From Phoronis australis (Eukaryota > Animalia > Phoronida): 42,895 nt of DNA. The first letter of the stretch is position 1. Each line of letters starts with the position of its first letter. A model generated the notes under the pieces. The model made no database searches and was not told the origin of the DNA. It saw only the letters and a list, made by a program, of their open reading frames with translations. Position numbers and translations under genes: made by a program. The stretch is taken from the NCBI GenBank assembly GCA_002633005.1, contig NMRA01000968.1, positions 39,407 to 82,301 of the forward strand, in the 5' to 3' direction. This document shows, piece by piece, positions 1 through 11,087 of the stretch.

Positions 1-49
1 GTTAAGTCATAAAATGGTAATTGCCGACCAAGGACACGCTTAATCCGAA

Positions 50-230
50 TTGGTCGTCTACGCTAGGAGACCACTTAGCCGACCCAAGTGCCGACCACAG
101 AGGCGACTCAGTAGACGGCTCCTAGCCGACCGTTGTTGGTCGGCTGCTGGTCGGCTAGACGACTGGTCGACGGCCGGTCGTCGACCAATTTCCGACCGGT
201 CGGCCAAAAATTCGTGATGTGTGCTGTACC
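50..230. mobile_element. Right end of a foldback MITE, possibly PIF/Harbinger-like, with dense CCGACC/GGTCGG motifs
   Basis: Many CCGAC/GTCGG motifs occur in both orientations. The tract ends ...GTGATGTGTGCTGTACC followed by TAA (231-233), a possible TWA target site. The left end is not visible in the window. Confidence 0.4.
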
Positions 231-254
231 TAAAGTACTCTTCCTTATCCACAG

Positions 255-341
255 TTGACCAAGCTGGAATCTGACCTCGGGTCACTAGGGTCCAGTCAGT
301 TCTCGAAGGAGGCCACGGAATCTTTAAAGAGTATTATGGGC
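255..341 (+). CDS. UBAP2L: UBAP2/UBAP2L (lingerer-like) internal exon, LTKLESDLGSLGSSQFSKEATESLKSIMG
   Basis: Acceptor ttccttatccacag and donor GTACGT. The 87-nt exon is open and splices in phase 0 to the exon at 1066. Confidence 0.65.
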
Positions 342-1065
342 GTACGTATACCTCACCTTACGTCATCTGTTCTCTGTCTCCAGTACCGCTTTATCGTGAC
401 CACGGTACATATGCCCCGATTTGAATATATAGAGTCGTGTGAAAGAAATCCTTGGTGATAGTTTAGTTTGCTTCATAGGGCAACGATAGAGTGTGAAGCA
501 GCATTAATTAACTGTCAGTTTTCAACGAGGGTTTTGTTGAAATCACACCGATTAAGGACACAACTTGATGGACGTGTGAAATTATGTTCTCTCATTTTTC
601 ATTCATGATATATTGTACCTGAATGATGCATTGCCGTATTTAAGTCCTCTACCATAGCTACCTACGGAAAACATTTTGAAATATTGTGGGCATTCACAGC
701 CCTTGAGAACTGACTAAAGGCAGTTTTGGAAGTTATCTGTGCACAAAATTGGTCAGCTTTTACTGTAAACATTTATAGCTCTTTAAAGTGTTGTTCAACA
801 ATATTTTCAAACCATGTTAGCATACTGATGGGGCCGTTATGTACTGTTTTACCTCTTTACAATTCCTTACTTCAAAAAAAAATTTGGCTATAGAAGGAAA
901 GTAACGATATTTGTGCTTTCTGATTTGAAGTTGTCAAGTGCAGACTTGTGACCATTCGTAAACATCGTAAAGTTGGAGCATTTTAGTGAAACTGACTTCT
1001 GGCTTGCAATCTGATGTTCTGTATATTTTTATAGCTGGTTTTGCAACTGTTCCTTTTTTCCTTAG

Positions 1066-1176
1066 ATCGGCACAACTGTCCAATCAGTTCAGAACTCCTC
1101 CCAGTCATTACCCCAGAGGACAGTCAGCCCTGCGGTAACAAAACCCCACAAGACGAAATTGCCGCCCCCTTCCAAG
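1066..1176 (+). CDS. UBAP2L: UBAP2/UBAP2L exon, IGTTVQ...KPHKTKLPPPSK
   Basis: Acceptor ttttttccttag and donor GTAGGA. It ends in the K..P.PSK sequence that precedes IP..VEMPG in UBAP2-family DUF3697. Confidence 0.85.
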
Positions 1177-1715
1177 GTAGGATCAGCGTCGCCTCTGTCA
1201 TCTCAGCAGAAGAGAAGTGTTTGCTGAAGTCGAGCATTGATGTGTCCAGTTCTAAATAAGGGTGTGCTGTGGCAACCCTTGACCCCTAGGGTCTTTGTGA
1301 AAATTGTGAGATCGGAAAATTTCTTCGTATGCAGACGCATGAGCCATCAGTATGTTTTAATGTGTTATTGCTGTGATTTTGAATTGCTTTTCATTGAACC
1401 ACTTAGTTTTAGGAAGTCATCCAAAACCTGCGCGAGTTTGAATGGTCTGCAGTCTGAATGCATTCTTGGTTAACTCCCATAGGTTTTTGTTATTCAAAGT
1501 CTTCGGGAGTTTCACTAAATGTCTGCCTCTTCTACATTCTGTCATTTGCCCGCTAAAACACACCCCGTCACTGACAATTTTCTAGATGCGACGTTTTGCA
1601 CTAGTTGTTTCTGGACGACCAAACAAGCAATTTGGCATCATTTAAGAATTGAGCCACTGAGTGAAGTGTGTGCGTGTTATTAGCTTTCCTGTGACTAAAC
1701 CCAATCTCTCCATAG

Positions 1716-1891
1716 ATTCCTACAGCCCCAGTGGAGATGCCTGGCAGCACGTACAACAGTGGCGGCACTGGCTTTGATCTCCAGTTTGGTAACCTAGACC
1801 TTGGCAAGGACAACGAGGCGCAGGCTGCGGCCACGTTTACCTTCGGCAACGACACGTCAGCATTTACAGCATCCAGTTACTCAACTGCGGG
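1716..1891 (+). CDS. UBAP2L: UBAP2/UBAP2L exon with the DUF3697 core, IPTAPVEMPGSTYNSGGTGFDLQFGNLDLG
   Basis: Matches the UBAP2/UBAP2L signature IPxxAVEMPGS...LQFG. AG/GT boundaries give phase 0 in and phase 2 out. Confidence 0.92.
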
Positions 1892-2959
1892 GTAGGTGCG
1901 CCATCAGTTGGGCGGCGTTCTCAGGTCTATCATCAATTTTTGTGTGACCCACTACGTCCGTGATCAGTGCTTTTCGCAATGAGCTACATAGATGTGGACA
2001 GAACGCTCGTCAGATTTTGCCAGACTTTGGCAAAATTTCATCCCTGTCAAGTGGCATGTACGTTGGTCATTATTTAGGTCAGAGTTCAAGGAGACGTCAT
2101 TCTTGCCACTAAGCATTCATTTCTGAATGGGTTTGCAAGATACTATGTTGCAATTTAGTCAAACAGACTGTGTATTTAGACACTCTTGTAGATCAGCCCG
2201 CCTTGAATTTCAACGTCCAGTATATTTTTGTACCTCATATTTCCATAATGTGCAATGAAATATCGTATTTGGGGGACAGTGTGCCAGACGACTGGTCATG
2301 ATGTTCATTCATAACTGCCTAAAGCCCTAAACTTGAAAGTGAAACTGTAATTTCGCCACTTATTTTGGTCATATATTCGGTGACATGACATAAAGTTAGT
2401 AAATCTGCAATTTTCTAGCTCCATGTATGGTAATTTTTCTAAGTAAACTGGACATCAAAATTCAACTTAGTTCCAGTGCAAAAATCCCACTTTTGAACTA
2501 GACATGTTTCAATTCTGTCAAATTTTAGACAAAATCTCTACGCTTTACTCAACGCCTTCTATCGACATCACAACATATTTTGTTAAGGATGTCATTCTGT
2601 AAAGACAAACATTTGGCTAAATTACCAAATCATTCTGGCAAGTATTTTGTCCAATTTCGCCAGAATCTCACTGTACCAATTGAAAGTCTTCTGTCTAGTT
2701 TATTTTGAAAGTTATTGCACGGAATTCTGACTCAAGAATCAATATGTTATGCAACATTTCACCACGAATCGGTTTTGGGAATCAAAGTTCACGGAAACAG
2801 AGTGTTCCTTGTGAACAAGTGTCTGTGAACTGTTTTTAACACAGTTAGTCTTAGTAATATGTACCAGGGTCTGTTCTCTTGTTACAAACACAAAAAAATC
2901 TTGTATATTACTTGAATGGATTCTTCTTCCCTTGCCTAATACTGCGTCTTTTATTGTAG

Positions 2960-3222
2960 CGATGCATCAACCATGTCCAACCATCTCGGCCAAGTGGGAA
3001 TGGACGGTGGTCAGTCGGCCGCCTCCATCATGTCCAGTGCCCAGTCAGGCCTGGACTCTCAGTCCAACAGCATGTTCCATCAGACACTTGACACTAACAA
3101 CTACCAGCAGCCCTCGTCCAAGATGACCTCACCGCCAGAACCCATTCCCTTCCCGTCTTCAACTCAGACAGACAGGAAGTCGAGTCCGCTGCTCAGCAAT
3201 CAGAGGCCCAGCTCGGGACCAG
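2960..3222 (+). CDS. UBAP2L: UBAP2/UBAP2L Ser/Gln-rich exon, DASTMSNHLG...RPSSGP
   Basis: Acceptor ttttattgtag and donor GTGAGG. Phase 2 in and phase 1 out fit both neighbours. Confidence 0.85.
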
Positions 3223-3412
3223 GTGAGGTGTTTTTTAACTTCTGGTGTTTTCTTGAAATCTCTGCCTCATCTTCTGGGAGCCATTTGCATCCATGCATCT
3301 TAGCGAAATTGCCTCTACTTGACATGGCACTTTAAACGTGGTTGTTGAACTGTGGAATGCTTTTAGTTAACTACCGTGCCGTAACATTTTTTTCTGGCTT
3401 TTCCTTCTGCAG

Positions 3413-3451
3413 GTGTCCCCAGTAAAACGTACACCTATGGAAGAGTTTCAG
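3413..3451 (+). CDS. Candidate 39-nt cassette microexon of UBAP2L, (G)VPSKTYTYGRVS
   Basis: Strong acceptor (tttttttctggcttttccttctgcag) and CAG|GTTGTG donor. It is symmetric phase 1-1, stop-free and preserves the frame between 3222 and 3707. Confidence 0.45.
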
Positions 3452-3706
3452 GTTGTGGTTACCATTAAACTTACCGTAGAAGTATATTTCATTGTATGTA
3501 TTGACAAGAAAGTTACCGGAGTTCAGATCCAGTATGCTATAAAATTTAACCCTGTCTGACGATTTCATTATCAACTGTATGCAAATGTATTTTCTCTCTT
3601 GATGTGAGTTTTTCATCTTAGTCATGTCTATTCATTGAAGTTTCTTAGATGCATGTTGCGTGCAAGGTTGCGGAGGGGTGACTGACTTTTGAATTGTCTC
3701 GCACAG

Positions 3707-4188
3707 GTTCACTAGGCACGTCAAAGTCGACATCCTCGCCCACCAGCTACGGCAGTTCCAACTATTCTGCATACCCATCCAGTTACCAGTCGACCAAGTT
3801 GCCACCAGCCACTACTACGGCATCCTCAACATCGACGTTCAACAGTTACTCCCAGGGACAGTATGGCTCATCCCCTGCAGCCTATCCAGGCTCCTTCAGT
3901 CAGTCAGCCTATAGTGGCCAATCAGCTGCACCTGTGCAGCAGAACTCTGTCTACCAGAGCTCGTCACAGCATGGCGCGTTTTCGTCGCCGCCGTCGGCGC
4001 CTGCCGGTTTCCGTGACAACCAGTACCCAACAGAGGCGTCGTCCAACAGCTATCCCCCATCGGGTTATGGTCAGCAGAGCTCCGCTTCACCGTACCCCGC
4101 CTCCACAACATCTGGGTTCCAAGCGTACGGCAGCACAACTAGGGCATCCGCTCTTCCCAGCTCTAACATCAACCCAAGTCTTTCTAAG
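3707..4188 (+). CDS. UBAP2L: UBAP2/UBAP2L Ser/Tyr/Gln-rich low-complexity exon
   Basis: Lies inside ORF 3694-4200, with acceptor tctcgcacag and donor GTATGC. Phase 1 in, phase 0 out. Confidence 0.88.
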
Positions 4189-5013
4189 GTATGCTGTTGA
4201 TTGTGAATGGAGGAAATGGACAGCTAGGAGTCTCGGGAGGCCTTTTTTAGGAGGGTCTGTGAGCAGCTGGTATGAGCGAAAATAATCCTTGTCAGCGATC
4301 TCTTCATGGCACCTGACAATTTTATTGGTTCTCAACTGAAAATGTTTATTTCTGCTTTATTAAAGGGAGTAACAAGTCATTCGGCTCTGAAGTGCCGTTG
4401 CGGTTGTACAAGACCAGTATGCACACGTAATACTCCATCAATGGCATTGAAAATCTAATAATTACTCTTCCTTATATTCAGTTTTCAATTTCTAGGAAAC
4501 AAAATTTACAGTAAACTCTTTTGGTGTCAAACAAATGGTTGTCCAGTTGGCAAATTAATGTTTTAGAGCAGTTAGGTACTTTATTTTTTTTTCTCATGGG
4601 GAGTCCAAAGAAATAATAAAATTATCTTTGTCTGCTGTGTCAACACAAAGGAGGACTTTTGAGTCCTGGCTGAACAGTATGCCACTACAGCAGTTAGCGC
4701 ACATCAAACGCACTTAAATTGCAACAGGAAGTGCACAGATGGAAGTCGAAATCGTTTGGTCGAAATCGAGCAGCTGTACGCCGCATGGGCACCCTTATAT
4801 ATTTTTGACAGCCTGAGAATTTCCGGTATGGTATCTTCAGGTTTTTGCCAGGCCACCTAATGCGACTTGGCATTAAGCTAAGCTTTGAGCGCTGAATGAT
4901 CTCTTCCGAATAGCAATTTGATATTCATTGAGCAAAAGTGATTCTCCTGTACTAAACTTCCATTCCATTGCTGTTGAACTTTGGCCCTCAGTCATTAAAT
5001 GTCCTCTTCACAG

Positions 5014-5173
5014 TATGGCGATGGCTCTACAAGCACCGCTAATCTGACCTCGGCTACCACGACGACGACCTCCAGCCCAATGGCAGCTGGCACATCTACA
5101 GTGAGCTCAATCAGTCTCACGCCTTCGTCAGCCTCACTCTCAACAGGACGCACAACGGGCTCAACGTCAACGA
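5014..5173 (+). CDS. UBAP2L: UBAP2/UBAP2L Ser/Thr-rich exon, YGDGSTSTANL...STST
   Basis: Acceptor gtcctcttcacag and donor GTAAGT. Phase 0 in, phase 1 out. Confidence 0.8.
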
Positions 5174-6307
5174 GTAAGTGGGTTGAATTTTGCGCATATT
5201 GTATGAAATTCTCATGCAGTTTTGAACAGTAGTTTTCAAATTAAACTGGGTAATGTCGAAAATCGACCAAAGTCTGTTGCCCAGAAGATAACTAAATATC
5301 CGTTTCTTTTTACTGGAACCATGTGCGTGGCAAGGGGGGCCCCCATTATGTGAAGTGAGCAAAAAGGTCTGCGTCAGAGAAACAAAAACTTCTAAAAAGT
5401 ACTAAAAAGTAGGAAGTGAGACAAAAGTCCACTAAAAAGGCAGGAGCTAGCAAAATTCAGCAAATGCACAATTCATAACTCTGAAGATACCCCGTAAATC
5501 TTTAATAGTACAAAAGGTCCACATGTCAAAAATTTGAGCCCCACATTTTTCAGGCTGGGTGCGCGCATGGGGACCTGTTTTTATTCTGGCTAAATCTGGA
5601 CAAAATCTCGACTGATTTTGCTCCACTCTCACTCTGGCAAAATCACAGCTAATTAGTAATTATTAATAGCTTGCTGCAATTATATATCATTTTAAAGTCT
5701 GGCCACAGTTTGTCAAAAATGATGTTTATAGTGCCAAACGTTTGACTGAATCGTCAAATTTTCTGGCAAAAAGTTTGGCCTAGATACACAGTATTTAATA
5801 AATTGTATTGAAGCCTTTATTTTTTGGTAGCTTCCGTACGATCACCCACTTTATTCTATGTCATCAGATAATGCCATTTGTCTTCAGTCCGTAATCACCG
5901 CCGTCGTAATGGTGGCCGCAAGATGTATGTCATTTGTGTTCTGGTGACTTGCGTTGTTCCTAATTTAGAAATTTCTGCAGTCAGAAAATACGTAAAATAA
6001 GTTAGTCTGGACTTGGTGCCAGGTGCTGTGGTTATGGTTTGCTATGGTCGGTAGTGTTTAACCAATTAATAATGCTGACGCACTAGCTAGATGCTCATCA
6101 CGTTAACTAGATCTTCTGCAAAACACTTAGTCCTGAACTCCTGGGTTTGCCAATAAGCTAACATCACACCCGTTAATACAGATTGATGTATTTTCCTCTG
6201 ACGGGCTTCTTGTTTTCGCATTGCCCTGTTTTTTCTTCAATCATTTGGAAAGACAAGTATTGGGAGCTTTCTAGCGGAAATCTCTGGTTCCGGTCACTCT
6301 GTAGTGA

Positions 6308-6452
6308 TTTTTATGCGCCCACATATTTATATGTGGACGCATTATGCCGTCATCTCTGTCCGTCCGTCCGGGCGGCGTCCGTCCGGCGTCCGCTGCTCTG
6401 TCTCCAAAACCCTTTGACATACGTTCATGAAATTTGGCACATATGTTCCATT
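6308..6452 (+). mobile_element. 5' part of a Helentron-associated (HINE/DINE-1-like) non-autonomous element
   Basis: A T-run is followed by a hairpin (ATGCGCCCACATAT / ATATGTGGACGCAT, 6313-6342), a (GTCC)n microsatellite and TTCATGAAATTTGGCAC. It is cut off by the N at 6453. Confidence 0.7.
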
Positions 6453-6881
6453 NGTATTTGCCTCTAGTGGCAATTTTAGTATTTTACATTGACCTCTGTA
6501 TTTTCATAGGTCTTCAGGTGTATACTTTGTGTTACTTCGTGACTGTGAAGGAAAAGTTCCAAGTAGAAATTTGTTTCTGGCATTCTAATGCTGTGCTAAT
6601 CTCTTATGTTGGTAAATTTGTTTTTAATTCTATGTTTCTGTGGTGCTTTAAGCAACTGGTGTATAGGATGTGCTTGTATTGTGAAGATTACTCACATTTT
6701 CCCCTAGCCTATTGAGGAGACAATGACCATGCTTTTCCATTTTGCAAAGTATGCCCTCTACTGGCCACTTTATGGTACCAATAAACAACCCTAGAAGGAT
6801 ACCGTATTCGGTGCAATTGTGGGCGCATTTCAACGCTCTGCGTTGCTCTTGTAACCAATGTCCTCCCATTGATTGCTGCAG

Positions 6882-6982
6882 ATAAAACCTCGCCAAACTT
6901 GCCACCGGGTGTCAGTGCAGCGATGCTGGGACAGAGCCAGTTCATGATTCCACAGTCGACTATTCCAGGCATGCCATTCTAT
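6882..6982 (+). CDS. UBAP2L: UBAP2/UBAP2L exon, NKTSPNLPPGVSAAMLGQSQFMIP...PFY
   Basis: Contains the conserved PNLPPGV motif. Acceptor gctgcag and donor GTAAGT. Confidence 0.9.
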
Positions 6983-7870
6983 GTAAGTAACCAGATTTAG
7001 AGCAAAGAAAACCTACTCCAAATGGCATCACGTTTCATTGTAATTGACGACTTGCTCACATTTCGAGAAACGTTTGTGTTGCTTTTACATTAGTTGACGT
7101 TGTGTGTCTGTTTTTTATTCTCACTTTTTAAAACTACACCATCTGTGTCCCATCAAAGGAATGCACTCATTTGTCGCCTTGCAGCTATAGATTTTGTCTC
7201 AATTTCTCCCTTACATATTCCAGAAGTGGTTAGTTCAGGGCTTAGAAGTAAATGGCAACTTGTATTTTTCCGTAACTCCATGCTCGTGACGTAATATGAC
7301 CCACCTTAACTATCTCAATTGCTAGGATTGCTTTTGACCAATAATGAACTCTCAGTTCTTTCTTAGCTTAGAAGTTACTCCTATCTGTCTATATCATTTT
7401 TATTCGATAGAAGACGGATGGATAGCAGCTTGAATGGGGAAATTATCTAATTTAAATGTTTTACTGCTGGAAAACAGATTTTGGGATGATTAGTGGATGA
7501 AACAGACTTTTTCAAGTTGTTTTCTTTTATGAAAGCTATAAAACAAGAAAGTTGTGTTTTTTGTGATTTTAATACAAATTGACAATTCTCACAGTTGCTT
7601 GCTGGACATCTGACATCAAGGCTGGTGATTTGTCAAGTGGGCTTTGGCAACACAGTGTTGGACTGTGACCACCCAAAATTTAACCAGTCCTATTCAAAAT
7701 GAAACAAGGTGACTTGATAAATATATGCAGGGACAGTTAGTTTAGTAGGCTTTCATATTGATGAATAAATGTTTAAACTCGTTCTGCAGGAGTATAATAT
7801 AAAACAGTAGGCATATACGTAATAATTTTGTCGTTCTGCGAGTGAATTGGCTTACCCTTGCTATTTCCAG

Positions 7871-8045
7871 CCGGGGCTGCAGGGTGTCCAGCAGCCAATC
7901 TACTTCGATGACCCGCAACAGCAGCAACAGTTGCAGCGCCTCCTGTTGCCCTACTACGACATGTCGACGTTCCAGATGTCCGCTTCGCTACCCAGTACGG
8001 CCACTGACCAGGCCAGGATGACCGCACTGAACTACACGGGATCAG
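7871..8045 (+). CDS. UBAP2L: UBAP2/UBAP2L exon, PGLQGVQQPIYFDD...LQRLLLPYYDM
   Basis: Resembles the family segment IYxxD.LQ..Q.R.P.YY. Acceptor ctatttccag and donor GTACTT. Confidence 0.88.
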
Positions 8046-8767
8046 GTACTTTAGGGATCTATGGGGTACAACTGTGTGCCTCCAGTGCTGTTTTATGGGT
8101 CAACTATGAGTTTGAAAATTGTGATTTTGAGACTTGCACGAAATTCGAAACATCCGACCTTCAAGTGCAGTGTGGGAACTGGCATCATTAGGAAACGAAA
8201 GCATTCGTGGTGAGAAAGGTGCACAGATCTATCAACATCTGTAGACCTCGACGCAGTGTGAACGTGGCACAACTTGGAGGAGGAGTTGAAGCCCTGTTCA
8301 TGTTCTCCTCTTGGGGCACTTGAGGTATATTAGGAAAGGGGTTGTTATCGCTGAAGGCGTGATTGGCAGCCTTTGTAACTATTTGTTTGTCATTAATTAA
8401 AATTCGTCTTAAATCATTTGATGTCTTGTCGCTTTCACCATCATATGAAGTTGTAATGTGTTACAGGACTCTATACAAATTGACTGATATTTGTGCAAGA
8501 GGACATGTCGTTACAGTGTAAAGCCAGGTTTCGTTTGACAGCATTTGTTTCAGTTCAACTCGCATCAGTCGGATCGAAATTCATTGACAATTTTTACAAT
8601 CAGTTAGAGTGAATTCCAAATAACTTGAAAGGCAGAGTTCTCGTACTGGTAGAACTATACTGATGAAATGTGTCCGAGTTTAGGCAACATCAGGTGTTGA
8701 CAGGTTTGACTACATTTTCTCATTCTTTATCGCCGACGCCTATCTGACGCGCACTTTCTTTTGCCAG

Positions 8768-9034
8768 GCAATGATGCCAAGTTGACCCGTGTGGATGCCC
8801 AGTCCCCAGTGAATGCCACACAGTCCTCCCAGCAACAGCAGCCCCAGTCGACCCACCAACAGCCATACATCAACGCGGCCATGCCCCCCTACTATTATTA
8901 CGGCCTACCCGGCCAGATCCCCTACATGTTTCCCCAAGGCGTGACCAACACAGCGTCGGGGCACGGCAGCTCGACGGTAAACCAGCCCTACCAGAAGCAG
9001 CAAGCCTACGGCTCGCACACAGGTTACGGAACAG
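8768..9034 (+). CDS. UBAP2L: UBAP2/UBAP2L exon, NDAKLTRVDAQSP...MPPYYYY...YGSHTGYGT
   Basis: Resembles the D.K..R.D..SP and PP.Y.Y segments of the family. Phase 1-1 boundaries. Confidence 0.88.
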
Positions 9035-9392
9035 GTACATTGAGATGGGATGCCTGTGTACTGCTCAGTAACGCTAGGACCATGCTAAAAACCAAGTCTC
9101 CGCGAGATTACATGAGATGTTGCCGTGTATTTTAAATGAGAACGCATGATTTTAGCGAGGTCCTAGAGTTAGTGAAGTCCACCCAGGAACTAGGTTGATG
9201 TGCTTCTTCATGTTCTTGCTGTAGTTATCAAAACAGACTGGTAAGACGTTGGTAGAATTTTATCAAACTTGGGCTGACGTCTGCAAACTTAATGCTAGAG
9301 AAAATTCTCTGTGAGCTGGACATTTTGTCGTATTGAATTTGGCACTGTTGTCGCACACTAGTAGGACAGTAATTTCGCATTTCACAATCAAT

Positions 9393-9780
9393 GTAGTAGT
9401 AGTAGTATTTATTTATTATAGTGACAAGTACAATTAAGTCAAACAGTTATAGGCATAACATTCATAAGAAAGATAAGTACCCAGCCCAGTTGGGCCTATT
9501 AGTCACTTTAACCACACAACTCAGATGTAGGCCTACCTTATATGCGTCGGTTTCTAAGTTCAAAAGCAGACTTGATGTATTTGGCAAATTGCCTAGGGAA
9601 ATACTGAAACAGCAGTTTTAACGTATCTAATCTTCTGAAATCTGCAAAGTTCGGGATTTGAAGTGAAACATTAAACAGAATAGACCTCCGTGAGTTATAA
9701 AGAGAACAGTCAAACACAAAGTGTAGCTCATCCTCCACAGAACCAGAATCACAACACAAGCAAAGTCTTTCACTTACAAA
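9393..9780 (-). mobile_element. 5'-truncated 3' end of a non-LTR retrotransposon (LINE), intronic and antisense
   Basis: The minus strand reads ERLCLCCDSGSVEDELHFVFDCSLYNSRR, the CCHC zinc knuckle C-terminal to RT. It is followed by a stop, a short 3' UTR, AATAAATAAA and a (TAC)n tail at 9393-9417. Confidence 0.85.
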
Positions 9781-10020
9781 TTGTGTAATTGTTTTTAGTC
9801 AGAGTGTGCAAGAGAGGCAACTTTCCAGTGAACAGCCGATTGAAGAGCCTTAAGAACTTGATTGATATAGATGGCTTCTGTTGTAGGTGAATGTCAATTT
9901 AGTTGCGCCTTCTTGCGCTGAATTTGTGTTGACAATTTTGTATTGTCAGATTAATTTTGGAATTAGCTGCAGCTTGAAAAATGTTACACATTTATTAGAG
10001 GTTCTTCCCATAGTGGCGTA

Positions 10021-10315
10021 CATTCACCTATCTACTCTGTTCTGCCCTTTGTTGCAATCATTCACCTGTCTACCCTGTTCTGCCCTTAGTTGCAATCATT
10101 CACCTGTCTGCTCTGTTCTGCCCTTAGTTGCAATCATTCACCTGTCTACTCTGTTCTGCCCTTAGTTGAAATCATTCACCTATCTACTCTGTTCTGCCCT
10201 TAGTTGCAATCATTCACCTGTCTACTCCGTTCTGCCCTTAGTTGCAATCATTCACCTGTCTACTCTGTTCTGCCCTTAGTTGCAATCATTCACCTGTCTA
10301 CTCTGTTCTTTACAG
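10021..10315 (+). repeat. 38-bp tandem repeat (about 7.8 copies) forming the 3' splice site region of an UBAP2L exon
   Basis: Unit TTGCAATCATTCACCTGTCTACTCTGTTCTGCCCTTAG starts at 10052, 10090, 10128, 10166, 10204, 10242 and 10280, after a partial first unit. Confidence 0.97.
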
Positions 10316-10402
10316 GCTATGATGACTTGTCCCAGAATCAGGCGGCAGACTTCACCAAGACTTACGGTGTAAGTCAGCCTCAATCTAAAGGATCCACAGC
10401 AG
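10316..10402 (+). CDS. UBAP2L: UBAP2/UBAP2L exon, GYDDLSQNQAADFTKTYG...
   Basis: Contains the conserved GYDDL..Q...D..K motif. Acceptor ctttacag and donor GTAAGA. Confidence 0.9.
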
Positions 10403-10848
10403 GTAAGAACACCTTTGCATAATTCTGTACAATTCATGTTTGATGGTAGCGCTTTACCGCAGCTCACAAGTTTATCAGCCACTTGTTCCAAGTTTACTTG
10501 GACATTTTATCGTCATTTGTCTTTTTTAGGCCAAAGAAAATACCAAATGTCGAATATAATTGGTTCTGGTGTGTGTGTGTCTGTTTGTTTTTGAACAACT
10601 GATTCTGTGCCGCAGTATTTTTTGTAATACTTGACTTCATTTCCAAAAAGAAACCATTACTCGATTCTATCTCAAATGCTTCAGGGTCACCTGATGCCAA
10701 CTGAAGTAAGTCAGCATCTTCCTTGTTGTTGTTTGTTTTTTGATTTGAACGGAAGATTTCAAAATGACTGGAGCTGACCAGAACCAGTAAATGCTATTTT
10801 TTACTCGTTTCCCTGTGATGTTACATCTGGTGTCATCTCTCCTTGCAG

Positions 10849-11087
10849 TCATGACGACAGTATCGACAGGAGGTGTGGCTGACATCAGCTCAGTCTACTC
10901 CAAGAACCATGCCCCGTCGGCGTTTGACAAGGCTGGCTATGGTGGCACGCCCCCACCCTTCAACCTGGCCAACCTCCCAGGCCCCTCACAGAGCAGTGCC
11001 CTGGCCGCGCATAACACGCCCTATGGCGCGCACATGTTCGTGTCCACGTTGCCACAACAGCAAATGATGCATCACCAGATGCAGCCG
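10849..11087 (+). CDS. UBAP2L: UBAP2/UBAP2L penultimate exon, ...SVYSK...FDKAGYGGTPPPFNL...HHQMQP
   Basis: Contains the conserved SVY.K...FDK.G..GTPPPF.L motif. Acceptor ccttgcag and donor GTAGGT. Confidence 0.92.

Noticed and set aside
4812-4830. Possible tiny exon after tttttgacag
   Set aside because: The candidate donors give 14 or 19 nt, which would break the frame between phase-0 neighbours.
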